NCBI GenBank assembly: GCA_030704615.1
Contig: JAKLZA010000218.1
Coordinates: forward strand, 1 to 30,000
DNA from: Takakia lepidozioides
Taxonomy: Eukaryota; Plantae; Bryophyta
Direction: 5' to 3'
Length of the DNA stretch: 30,000 nucleotides
Shown in pieces: positions 11,517 through 24,300 of the stretch (position 1 is its first letter; every line of letters starts with the position of its first letter). Position numbers and translations under genes: made by a program. The notes beneath the pieces were generated by a model. That model saw only the letters and a program-made list of their open reading frames with translations. It made no database searches and was not told the origin of the DNA.

Positions 11517-11695
11517 AAAATCATTGTGTTCAGACTGCTTGTCCATTCCCTACATTTCTTCCGCCAACCAAAATCTATAATAAAAGCAGAAGAAGAGACG
11601 CAAACTTCAGTGAAGAACCCTACAAGTAATTTATGCACACCATCGACCGGGAACTTGAAGCCATGAAAACCCTGCCGTTTCTAACATTCCTATTG

Positions 11696-11978
11696 GGAAA
11701 TTTGGCGCCGAAATAGCCCAGTTTGCGCCTTCGTTATATGGGCCTCAAAAATTCCACGGATGAATTACTGCACCAAAATATTGCGATGGAAGCCTTCAGC
11801 ACAAGGCACTTCACCACATTCCACTTGGGTATTTCGGCGCCGAAATTGCCCGTTCTGCGCCATTAAATACCGCACTATATCACATTTTAAGAGGTAATTT
11901 CGGTGCGAATACCCGGTGGATGTCTTCAAAACACCATTTTAGCACACTGCTCTTGGGAATAACGGCGCCGAAATTCCT
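11696..11978. repeat. Subterminal cluster of five degenerate copies of the same palindrome, ~62-70 bp apart
   Basis: AAATTTGGCGCCGAAAT ~11698, GGATGAATTACTGCACCAAAAT ~11758, ATTTCGGCGCCGAAAT ~11831, AATTTCGGTGCGAAT ~11896 and CGGCGCCGAAATTC ~11963. Confidence 0.85.
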
Positions 11979-12078
11979 CATTCCGCATCCTGGACCAGGA
12001 GAAACAGACCCTATTACCGAGGTAAGAGGACATAACACCGTCAATAAAGGCAGGAAAATTCCAATTCCGCGGATGTCC

Positions 12079-12137
12079 GCTCATGAGCTCATAGGCTCAT
12101 AGGCTCATGGGCTCATGCGCTCATGAAATAGTAAACC
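12079..12137. repeat. Putative right terminus: six tandem 8-bp GCTCAT(A/G)N units followed by AATAGTAAACC
   Basis: GCTCATGA GCTCATAG GCTCATAG GCTCATGG GCTCATGC GCTCATGA at 12079-12126. The reverse complement of the end begins GGTTTACTATTTC, consistent with G-starting MULE termini. Confidence 0.7.
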
Positions 12138-13979
12138 TCATATCATGAAAGCACCATGGTTTAATAAAAAAATTCCCCTATACTTGCAGATTGTACCTTC
12201 ATTTCAAAAACCAGATTGCAGGTCTGGAGATAACCTCCAAAACCAAGCCCTTCAAGCAACAAGTGTCGTTCTTGCTTAGTTTTATCTAAGTAAGAATATC
12301 TCTACACCTAGCAAGGTGTATCATGACCAGGTTTAGGCCATGAAAAAGTATTTAAAACTGTCATGCTAGGCTACTTGCTGGACCATAAAGGTTACTGTTT
12401 TAGAATCCAGTTTTTGAATAAGTCGCCTTCCCAAAAAAAACAGCCAGCCTGAAGGTATCATAGCATTGCAAATGCATGAGCAAGCATTACATGCAATGAC
12501 ATGGCTTATTTGAGTCTCTGTAAGGAGCTGCAGGTCTGGAATGGAATTCCAGGACTTCATGATCAAAACTCTGCCAGGGTAGAAGGTTAGAAGCACACAA
12601 CACCTACTAGCAAGCATGTCTTGAAAATCAAAATTATGATGGGGCCAGGTCTGAAGGTGCTTCAGTGCCAAGTCATAGGCAAGACTTCTAACAACACAAA
12701 ACACAGGGCTGAGTACCCTCAAGCAGATATGGGCCTGGAGTGGAATTCCAGGGCCTCATAAAAAGCTCTGCCAGTTAAAGAAAGGAACTCAGAAAACCCT
12801 GTCCCCTATATCATGCAATGAAATCACGGTGATATGAGAGCCTTGAAGAATGTTTGTTATCAGACAAGGTCTATCTTCTGATCCATCAAAGCCAAGGCCA
12901 TGATGTTTCATTTCAGAGCCTAGTTTCCATGCAGCCAGAGTTATAGCTGCAGCCCTATACCTTTGTTGAAAACAGCCAGAGCCTTCAGTAGAGATTTGTT
13001 TTCTATGAAGTCCCTTGTGTGTCTTAACTCCAAAAACATGTAGAAGTGGTCATCAAGAACCAAAAACAAGGGTAAGGAGTAAGAAGGCGATCCTCATTAG
13101 AGCAGACTTGAAGCCGTTTTGAGGCAGCAAGGTGGCAGATTTGAAACAGCAACTGGCATCGGCAGCTTCAGGCGGTAGCAACAATCCCTTATGCAAGAAT
13201 CGGACTCTACAAGCTTCAAGAATTCAAGACAAGTGAAGACCCTCACCTGTGCCCGTCCCAAAAACCACCACATAAAGATGTTGTTAGCGAGGATGCATCA
13301 GGTGAGTGGCAGGTCTTCACAGTTGCTATCCATGTCAGTGCTGAATTCTAAAGCATGTACAGATCACAATTCAAGCAAGGGTAACCTCAAAAGACCTTGA
13401 GTGTTTGCGGTATGCCCTGCGCCATGGCGTCCAACAGATCGTCTCCAACAGAACACAATCACAGTAGAAGGGTTCACAGATAGAGAAGAGCTCGTACAAA
13501 GTGAAAGAGCCATATGTAATATGTAGATAAATAGGGGTAGAGTACTTCCCAACGAGGAGTAAAAGCGCCGCTGCAATTAAAAAGAACCATGAGGGTCTGA
13601 GCAAAGCAATCATCGCTTTGTCACCTGCCAGAGAAGAATCTGCATGACGCCAATGCGCATCCCAAGAGCCAGCCATCACGGGTACCATGCAGCAGTTGGG
13701 GAGCAGATTTACACGGCGCATCATCAAGGATCCCTGAAGCACGAGCTCTGTGCTGTGAAAGGTGTCGACCTGCTTAGGGCACAGATCCCCGATTTCTCAT
13801 CCAGGGGGGATGAAAAGTCGCATTCTAGCAGGAGATGCACTGGTCAATGGATGACATCCATTAAAAAGGTAACTTTTAGGGTTAGGGTATAGGCTCAAGT
13901 TTAATAACTGCCATCATTTCTAATAAATGATGGTAAAATTACTCTCTCCTGGATTAAAATAGGTCACCATCGTTCATGG

Positions 13980-14222
13980 AATTCATCCCGTTTGGATGAA
14001 AAAGGAGAAAACAAATGATAAACCAAGATTTATGCACAGCAAGGGTCATCATCCTAATAATTTCATCCAGATTTGGATGAGAAAGGAGATTAGGATGAAA
14101 AACCAAAATCTGCAGAGTAAGCGTCATCATCCTTCAAAAAATTCATCCAGTTTTGGATGAAAAGGGAATTGGGATGAACAACCAAATAACCAGCATTAAA
14201 AAGGTTAAGGCCAGATGAAATC
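13980..14222. repeat. Three diverged ~80-bp subrepeats inside each 3.7-kb unit, each starting with a TTCATCC-N5/6-GGATGA hairpin
   Basis: ATTCATCCCGTTTGGATGAA (13981), TTTCATCCAGATTTGGATGA (14061) and ATTCATCCAGTTTTGGATGAA (14141); repeated in every unit. Confidence 0.85.
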
Positions 14223-15383
14223 CAAAGAGTTATAGAGGGAGAGGGAGAGAGGGGAGAGAGGGACCCACCAGCCAATCCCCTGGCATGGCAGAACCTTACG
14301 GAGTGAGTGTGGTATGCACTCACCCGTAAGGGAGTGCATACCAAACCCCTTCTCATAAGGTTTCCCCTCTTCCATGTAGTTCTATCCTTAGATTATATTA
14401 TCCAAGGGAGTAGAATCCTACATCCTCTCTTCCTCCGGTCATGAATGAAACATTGGCATAAAGTGTATCATAGCAAGACTGGTATAGTATCACGAGAAAA
14501 GAACAGAGAGTTCAGTGGTATACTTAGCTCTGGATAGGTACAAGTTTTTAGAAAATACCTTTCAGTTTCTCAATAAGCTCTCGCACAGGGAAGAACAGGC
14601 TAGGGAAGGAACCTCGTTCAAGGAACCTTGTCAAGATATAGCAGCAGCTCAGGTCTGTAGTACCATGCCTGTGATATAGACAAAACATCTTCTAGCAACA
14701 GATTAGAGTTGGGTATTTTTTTATGGTGCCACAAGGAGCGAAGCCATATCTAAGAGAAGTATAGAAGCACTTGATCAAAGGACTTGGTAGTCACTCGATC
14801 ATAAGGTATTTGATTCTGATATAAGGCATCGGCTACAAGGGACTAGCTAACAAAAGTAGTGTGCATTGACCGGATCAAGTATAAGGTGTACACGTACTCC
14901 CGTAAGCTGTCTTACCAGGGCTTAGCTCATAATATCGGCATTCAGAAGTCCTTTAGATGCTCAGGTATCATCAAGGATGCCTTACTCTTCATACCCAATC
15001 AATCAACCATACTATTGCTGGAGAAGATCATATCTGGCCAAGGGGGATTCATACCCCAAGGCTTTAAGTTCATCATTCCAGTTTGGAATGTGTTTGCTGC
15101 CTATCTGCCTGCAAGGCTCCTCAAAAAATATCGTCAGTACATCAGAATGAGAAGGTGAAACAGGAAAGGAGAAGGGTAGATGGTGTGTACAAAAACCACT
15201 AAGTACACTGATCAGATAAAGAGAGGGAAGATATACATGTCATGTCAAGACATGGACAAGACCACTAAGGTCATTGTCATTGAAAGACAAAGCAGCCCTT
15301 TACAGGGCACCATCTAACAACCACTTCCATGTTTACCATCTCATTTGAATATCCCGTTACATTTCAGGGTATCTGAAAAAACA

Positions 15384-15398
15384 GGGTGGGAGGGTGGG
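15384..15398 (+). other. Canonical G-quadruplex motif GGGTGGGAGGGTGGG, one per complete 3.7-kb unit
   Basis: Four G3 runs with 1-nt loops; also at ~19087, ~22790 and ~26489. Confidence 0.7.
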
Positions 15399-18300
15399 AT
15401 TCTTGGTCAATCATATTGTGAAAGCACCATAGTTTGACATACAACGATCACCACCATACTTGCCGATTGTAACATCATTTCAAAAACCAGATTGCAGGTC
15501 TGGAGATAAATCTCGAGAGCCAAGCACATAGTACTTTAAATTGCAATTGAAACAGCAAGCCATACATGTCTTAAGCATTTGCCTGTTGACATAATGATTC
15601 CTCATTTTTTGTTGACATGGGTCAAGCCTTACATAATCCAGTTCTTGAGCCATTCATCTTCCTAAAAAGGCATCCTGTGTTGGCTTGAAACCGATCTATC
15701 AGTGCCAAGACACATGCAAGATTCGTAAAGTAGAAACGGGGCTGAGTTTTTTCAGGCATATGCAGGCCTGGATTGGTATTCCGGGGCCTCATAAACAGCT
15801 CTGCCAGGGTAAAAAATAAATAACTCAGAATTCCAGGTCAATCATATCATGAAAGCACCATGGTTTAATAAAAAAAATTCCCCTATACTTGCAGATTGTA
15901 CCTTCATTTCATAAACCAGATTGCAGGTCTGGAGATAACCTCCAAAACCAAGCCCTTCAAGCAACAAGTGTCGTTCTTGCTTAGTTTTATCTAAGTAAGA
16001 ATATCTCTACACCTAGCAAGGTGTATCATGACCAGGTTTAGGCCATGAAAAAGTATTTAAAACTGTCATGCTAGGCTACTTGCTGGACCATAAAGGTTAC
16101 TGTTTTAGAATCCAGTTTTTGAATAAGTCGCCTTCCCAAAAAAAACAGCCAGCCTGAAGGTATCATAGCATTGCAAATGCATGAGCAAGCATTACATGCA
16201 ATGACATGGCTTATTTGAGTCTCTGTAAGGAGCTGCAGGTCTGGAATGGAATTCCAGGACTTCATGATCAAAACTCTGCCAGGGTAGAAGGTTAGAAGCA
16301 CACAACACCTACTAGCAAGCATGTCTTGAAAATCAAAATTATGATGGGGCCAGGTCTGAAGGTGCTTCAGTGCCAAGTCATAGGCAAGACTTCTAACAAC
16401 ACAAAACACAGGGCTGAGTACCCTCAAGCAGATATGGGCCTGGAGTGGAATTCCAGGGCCTCATAAAAAGCTCTGCCAGTTAAAGAAAGGAACTCAGAAA
16501 CCCCTGTCCCCTATCATGCAATGAAATCACGGTGATATGAGAGCCTTGAAGAATGTTTGTTATCAGACAAGGTCTATCTTCTGATCCATCAAAGCCAAGG
16601 CCATGATGTTTCATTTCAGAGCCTAGTTTCCATGCAGCCAGAGTTATAGCTGCAGCCCTATACCTTTGTTGAAAACAGCCAGAGCCTTCAGTAGAGATTT
16701 TGTTTTCTATGAAGTCCCTTGTGTGTCTTAACTCCAAAACATGTAGAAGTGGTCATCAAGAACCAAAACAAGGGTAAGGAGTAAGAAGGCGATCCTCATT
16801 AGAGCAGACTTGAAGCCGTTTTGAGGCAGCAAGGTGGCAGATTTGAAACAGCAACTGGCATCGGCAGCTTCAGGCGGTAGCAACAATCCCTTATGCAAGA
16901 ATCGGACTCTACAAGCTTCAAGAATTCAAGACAAGTGAAGACCCTCACCTGTGCCCGTCCCCAAAAACCACCACATAAAGATGTGTGTTAGCGAGGATGC
17001 ATCAGGTGAGTGGCAGGTCTTCACAGTTGCTATCCATGTCAGTGCTGAATTTCTAAAGCATGTACAGATCACAATTCAAGCAAGGGTAACCTCAAAAGAC
17101 CTTGAGTGTTTGCGGTATGCCCTGCGCCATGGCGTCCAACAGATCGTCTCCAACAGAACACAATCACAGTAGAAGGGTTCACAGATAGAGAAGAGCTCGT
17201 ACAAAGTGAAAGAGCCATATGTAATATGTAGATAAATAGGGGTAGAGTACTTCCCAACGAGGAGTAAAAGCGCCGCTGCAATTAAAAAGAACCATGAGGG
17301 TCTGAGCAAAGCAATCATCGCTTTGTCACCTGCCAGAGAAGAATCTGCATGACCGCCAATGCGCATCCCAAGAGCCAGCCATCACGGGTACCATGCAGCA
17401 GTTGGGGAGCAGATTTACACGGCGCATCATCAAGGATCCCTGAAGCACGAGCTCTGTGCTGTGAAAGGTGTCGACCTGCTTAGGGCACAGATCCCCGATT
17501 TCTCATCCAGGGGGGATGAAAAGTCGCATTCTAGCAGGAGATGCACTGGTCAATGGATGACATCCATTAAAAAGGTAACTTTTAGGGTTAGGGTATAGGC
17601 TCAAGTTTAATAACTGCCATCATTTCTAATAAATGATGGTAAAATTACTCTCTCCTGGATTAAAATAGGTCACCATCGTTCATGGAATTCATCCCGTTTG
17701 GATGAAAAAGGAGAAAACAAATGATAAACCAAGATTTATGCACAGCAAGGGTCATCATCCTAATAATTTCATCCAGATTTGGATGAGAAAGGAGATTAGG
17801 ATGAAAAACCAAAATCTGCAGAGTAAGCGTCATCATCCTTCAAAAAATTCATCCAGTTTTGGATGAAAAGGGAATTGGGATGAACAACCAAATAACCAGC
17901 ATTAAAAAGGTTAAGGCCAGATGAAATCCAAAGAGTTATAGAGGGAGAGGGAGAGAGGGAGAGAGAGGGACCCACCAGCCAATCCCCTGGCATGGCAGAA
18001 CCTTACGGAGTGAGTGTGGTATGCACTCACCCCGTAAGGGAGTGCATACAAACCCCTTCTCATAAGGTTTCCCCTCTTCCATGTAGTTCTATCCTTAGAT
18101 TATATTATCCAAGGGAGTAGAATCCTACATCCTCTCTTCCTCCGGTCATGAATGAAACATTGGCATAAAGTGTATCATAGCAAGACTGGTATAGTATCAC
18201 GAGAAAAGAACAGAGAGTTCAGTGGTATACTTAGCTCTGGATAGTACAAGTTTTTAGAAAATACCTTTCAGTTTCTCAATAAGCTCTCGCACAGGGAAGA

Positions 18301-21300
18301 ACAGGCTAGGGAAGGAACCTCGTTCAAGGAACCTTGTCAAGATATAGCAGCAGCTCAGGTCTGTAGTACCATGCCTGTGATATAGACAAAACATCTTCTA
18401 GCAACAGATTAGAGTTGGGTATTTTTATTATGTGCCACAAGGAGCGAAGCCATATCTAAGAGAAGTATAGAAGCACTTGATCAAAGGACTTGGTAGTCAC
18501 TCGATCATAAGGATTTGATTCTGATATAGCATCGGCTACAAGGGACTAGCTAACAAAAGTAGTGTGCATTGACCGGATCAAGTATAAGGTGTACACATAC
18601 TCCCGTAAGCTGTCTTACCAGGGCTTAGCTCATAATATCGGCATTCAGAAGTCCTTTAGATGCTCAGGTATCATCAAGGATGCCTTACTCTTCATACCCA
18701 ATCAATCAACCATACTATTGCTGGAGAAGATCATACCTGGCCAAGGGGGATTCATACCCCAAGGCTTTAAGTTCATCATTCCAGTTTGGAATGTGTTTGC
18801 TGCCTATCTGCCTGCAAGGCTCCTCAAAAAATATCGTCAGTACATCAGAATGAGAAGGTGAAACAGGAAAGGAGAAGGGTAGATGGTGTGTACAAAAACC
18901 ACTAAGTACACTGATCAGATAAAGAGAGGGAAGATATACATGTCATGTCAAGACATGGACAAGACCACTAAGGTCATTGTCATTGAAAGACAAAGCAGCC
19001 CTTTACAGGGCACCATCTAACAACCACTTCCATGTTTACCATCTCATTTGAATATCCCATTACATTTCAGGGTATCTGAAAAAACAGGGTGGGAGGGTGG
19101 GATTCTTGGTCAATCATATTATGAAAGCACCATAGTTTGACATACAACGATCACCACCATACTTGCCGATTGTAACATCATTTCAAAAACCAGATTGCAG
19201 GTCTGGAGATAAATCTCGAGAGCCAAGCACATAGTACTTTAAATTGCAATTGAAACAGCAAGCCATACATGTCTTAAGCATTTGCTGTTGACATAATGAT
19301 TCCTCATTTTTTGTTGACATGGGTCAAGCCTTACATAATCCAGTTCTTGAGCCATTCATCTTCCTAAAAAGGCATCCTGTGTTGGCTTGAAACCGATCTA
19401 TCAGTGCCAAGACACATGCAAGATTCGTAAAGTAGAAACGGGGCTGAGTTTTTTCAGGCATATGCAGGCCTGGATTGGTATTCCGGGGCCTCATAAACAG
19501 CTCTGCCAGGGTAAAAATAAATAACTCAGAATTCCAGGTCAATCATATCATGAAAGCACCATGGTTTAATAAAAAAATTCCCCTATACTTGCAGATTGTA
19601 CCTTCATTTCAGAAACCAGATTGCAGGTCTGGAGATAACCTCCAAAACCAAGCCCTTCAAGCAACAAGTGTCTTTCTTGCTTAGTTTTATCTAAGTAAGA
19701 ATATCTCTACACCTAGCAAGGTGTATCATGACCAGGTTTAGGCCATGAAAAAGTATTTAAAACTGTCATGCTAGGCTACTTGCTGGACCATAAAGGTTAC
19801 TGTTTTAGAATCGAGTTTTTGAATAAGTCGCCTTCCTAAAAAAACAGCCAGCCTGAAGGTATCATAGCATTGCAAATAAATGAGCAAGCATTACATGCAA
19901 TGACATGGCTTATTTGAGTCTCTGTAAGGAGCTGCAGGTCGGGAATGGAATTCCAGGACTTCATGATCAAAACTCTGCCAGGGTAGAAGGTTAGAAGCAC
20001 ACAACACCTACTAGCAAGCAGGTCTTGAAAATCAAAATTATGATGGGGCCAGGTCTGAAGGTGCTTCAGTGCCAAGTCATAGGCAAGACTTCTAACAACA
20101 CAAAACACAGGGCTGAGTACCCTCAAGCAGATATGGGCCTGGAGTGGAATTCCAGGGCCTCATAAAAAGCTCTGCCAGTTAAAGAAAGGAACTCAGAAAC
20201 CCCTGTCCCCTATCATGCAATGAAATCACGGTGATATGAGAGCCTTGAAGAATGTTTGTTATCAGACAAGGTCTATCTTCTGATCCATCAAAGCCAAGGC
20301 CATGATGTTTCATTTCAGAGCCTAGTTTCCATGCAGCCAGAGTTATAGCTGCAGCCCTATACCTTTGTTGAAAACAGCCAGAGCCTTCAGTAGAGATTTT
20401 GTTTTCTATGAAGTCCCTTGTGTGTCTTAACTCCAAAACATGTAGAAGTGGTCATCAAGAACCAAAAACAAGGGTAAGGAGTAAGAAGGCGATCCTCATT
20501 AGAGCAGACTTGAAGCCGTTTTGAGGCAGCAAGGTGGCAGATTTGAAACAGCAACTGGCATCGGCAGCTTCAGGCGGTAGCAACAATCCCTTATGCAAGA
20601 ATCGGACTCTACAAGCTTCAAGAATTCAAGACAAGTGAAGACCCTCACCTGTGCCCGTCCCAAAAACCACCACATAAAGATGTGTGTTAGCGAGGATGCA
20701 TCAGGTGAGTGGCAGGTCTTCACAGTTGCTATCCATGTCAGTGCTGAATTCTAAAGCATGTACAGATCACAATTCAAGCAAGGGTAACCTCAAAAGACCT
20801 TGAGTGTTTGCGGTATGCCCTGCGCCATGGCGTCCAACAGATCGTCTCCAACAGAACACAATCACAGTAGAAGGGTTCACAGATAGAGAAGAGCTCATAC
20901 AAAGTGAAAGAGCCATATGTAATATGTAGATAAATAGGGGTAGAGTACTTCCCAACGAGGAGTAAAAGCGCCGCTGCAATTAAAAAGAACCATGAGGGTC
21001 TGAGCAAAGCAATCATCGCTTTGTCACCTGCCAGAGAAGAATCTGCATGACCGCCAATGCGCATCCCAAGAGCCAGCCATCACGGGTACCATGCAGCAGT
21101 TGGGGAGCAGATTTACACGGCGCATCATCAAGGATCCCTGAAGCACGAGCTCTGTGCTGTGAAAGGTGTCGACCTGCTTAGGGCACAGATCCCCGATTTC
21201 TCATCCAGGGGGGATGAAAAGTCGCATTCTAGCAGGAGATGCACTGGTCAATGGATGACATCCATTAAAAAGGTAACTTTTAGGGTTAGGGTATAGGCTC

Positions 21301-24300
21301 AAGTTTAATAACTGCCATCATTTCTAATAAATGATGGTAAAATTACTCTCTCCTGGATTAAAATAGGTCACCATCGTTCATGGAATTCATCCCGTTTGGA
21401 TGAAAAAGGAGAAAACAAATGATAAACCAAGATTTATGCACAGCAAGGGTCATCATCCTAATAATTTCATCCAGATTTGGATGAGAAAGGAGATTAGGAT
21501 GAAAAACCAAAATCTGCAGAGTAAGCGTCATCATCCTTCAAAAAATTCATCCAGTTTTGGATGAAAAGGGAATTGGGATGAACAACCAAATAACCAGCAT
21601 TAAAAAGGTTAAGGCCAGATGAAATCCAAAGAGTTATAGAGGGAGAGGGAGAGAGGGAGAGAGAGGGACCCACCAGCCAATCCCCTGGCATGGCAGAACC
21701 TTACGGAGTGAGTGTGGTATGCACTCACCCCGTAAGGGAGTGCATACCAAACCCCTTCTCATAAGGTTTCCCCTCTTCCATGTAGTTCTATCCTTAGATT
21801 ATATTATCCAAGGGAGTAGAATCCTACATCCTCTCTTCCTCCGGTCATGAATGAAACATTGGCATAAAGTGTATCATAGCAAGACTGGTATAGTATCACG
21901 AGAAAAGAACAGAGAGTTCAGTGGTATACTTAGCTCTGGATAGGTACAAGTTTTTAGAAAATACCTTTCAGTTTCTCAATAAGCTCTCGCACAGGGAAGA
22001 ACAGGCTAGGGAAGGAACCTCGTTCAAGGAACCTTGTCAAGATATAGCAGCAGCTCAGGTCTGTAGTACCATGCCTGTGATATAGACAAAACATCTTCTA
22101 GCAACAGATTAGAGTTGGGTATTTTTTTATGGTGCCACAAGGAGCGAAGCCATATCTAAGAGAAGTATAGAAGCACTTGATCAAAGGACTTGGTAGTCAC
22201 TCGATCATAAGGTATTTGATTCTGATATAAGGCATCGGCTACAAGGGACTAGCTAACAAAAGTAGTGTGCATTGACCGGATCAAGTATAAGGTGTACACA
22301 TACTCCCGTAAGCTGTCTTACCAGGGCTTAGCTCATAATATCGGCATTCAGAAGTCCTTTAGATGCTCAGGTATCATCAAGGATGCCTTACTCTTCATAC
22401 CCAATCAATCAACCATACTATTGCTGGAGAAGATCATACCTGGCCAAGGGGGATTCATACCCCAAGGCTTTAAGTTCATCATTCCAGTTTGGAATGTGTT
22501 TGCTGCCTATCTGCCTGCAAGGCTCCTCAAAAAATATCGTCAGTACATCAGAATGAGAAGGTGAAACAGGAAAGGAGAAGGGTAGATGGTGTGTACAAAA
22601 ACCACTAAGTACACTGATCAGATAAAGAGAGGGAAGATATACATGTCATGTCAAGACATGGACAAGACCACTAAGGTCATTGTCATTGAAAGACAAAGCA
22701 GCCCTTTACAGGGCACCATCTAACAACCACTTCCATGTTTACCATCTCATTTGAATATCCCATTACATTTCAGGGTATCTGAAAAAACAGGGTGGGAGGG
22801 TGGGATTCTTGGTCAATCATATTATGAAAGCACCATAGTTTGACATACAACGATCACCACCATACTTGCCGATTGTAACATCATTTCAAAAACCAGATTG
22901 CAGGTCTGGAGATAAATCTCGAGAGCCAAGCACATAGTACTTTAAATTGCAATTGAAACAGCAAGCCATACATGTCTTAAGCATTTGCCTGTTGACATAA
23001 TGATTCCTCATTTTTTGTTGACATGGGTCAAGCCTTACATAATCCAGTTCTTGAGCCATTCATCTTCCTAAAAAGGCATCCTGTGTTGGCTTGAAACCGA
23101 TCTATCAGTGCCAAGACACATGCAAGATTCGTAAAGTAGAAACGGGGCTGAGTTTTTTCAGGCATATGCAGGCCTGGATTGGTATTCCGGGGCCTCATAA
23201 ACAGCTCTGCCAGGGTAAAAAATAAATAACTCAGAATTCCAGGTCAATCATATCATGAAAGCACCATGGTTTAATAAAAAAATTCCCCTATACTTGCAGA
23301 TTGTACCTTCATTTCAGAAACCAGATTGCAGGTCTGGAGATAACCTCCAAAACCAAGCCCTTCAAGCAACAAGTGTCTTTCTTGCTTAGTTTTATCTAAG
23401 TAAGAATATCTCTACACCTAGCAAGGTGTATCATGACCAGGTTTAGGCCATGAAAAAGTATTTAAAACTGTCATGCTAGGCTACTTGCTGGACCATAAAG
23501 GTTACTGTTTTAGAATCCAGTTTTTGAATAAGTCGCCTTCCAAAAAAAACAGCCAGCCTGAAGGTATCATAGCATTGCAAATGCATGAGCAAGCATTACA
23601 TGCAATGACATGGCTTATTTGAGTCTCTGTAAGGAGCTGCAGGTCTGGAATGGAATTCCAGGACTTCATGATCAAAACTCTGCCAGGGTAGAAGGTTAGA
23701 AGCACACAACACCTACTAGCAAGCAGGTCTTGAAAATCAAAATTATGATGGGGCCAGGTCTGAAGGTGCTTCAGTGCCAAGTCATAGGCAAGACTTCTAA
23801 CAACACAAAACACAGGGCTGAGTACCCTCAAGCAGATATGGGCCTGGAGTGGAATTCCAGGGCCTCATAAAAAGCTCTGCCAGTTAAAGAAAGGAACTCA
23901 GAAACCCCTGTCCCCTATCATGCAATGAAATCACGGTGATATGAGAGCCTTGAAGAATGTTTGTTATCAGACAAGGTCTATCTTCTGATCCATCAAAGCC
24001 AAGGCCATGATGTTTCATTTCAGAGCCTAGTTTCCATGCAGCCAGAGTTATAGCTGCAGCCCTATACCTTTGTTGAAAACAGCCAGAGCCTTCAGTAGAG
24101 ATTTTGTTTTCTATGAAGTCCCTTGTGTGTCTTAACTCCAAAACATGTAGAAGTGGTCATCAAGAACCAAAAACAAGGGTAAGGAGTAAGAAGGCGATCC
24201 TCATTAGAGCAGACTTGAAGCCGTTTTGAGGCAGCAAGGTGGCAGATTTGAAACAGCAACTGGCATCGGCAGCTTCAGGCGGTAGCAACAATCCCTTATG

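Larger units (their letters stand above)
1..12137. mobile_element. Large Mutator-like (MULE) DNA transposon with a transposase and a divergent accessory gene; left end outside the window
   Basis: MULE transposase at 316-4022. The palindromic motif is shared by the intergenic region, introns and the right subterminal region. There is a sharp junction at ...GAAATAGTAAACC(12137)|TCATATCATG, where sequence matching the 3.7-kb array begins (array units have CCAGGTCAA before TCATATCATG). The paired TIR and TSD cannot be seen in this window. Confidence 0.75.

Noticed and set aside
13874-13887. Telomere-like TTTTAGGGTTAGGG in each unit
   Set aside because: Only two repeats, too short to call an interstitial telomere; at most a telo-box-like motif.
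12138-15841. rDNA/5S, snRNA or tRNA gene cluster, or LTR/Helitron identity for the tandem unit
   Set aside because: I could not recognise conserved RNA-gene sequence, a PBS with TG...CA LTR pair, or a hairpin-CTRR Helitron end. An Rfam or Dfam search would be needed to exclude them fully.
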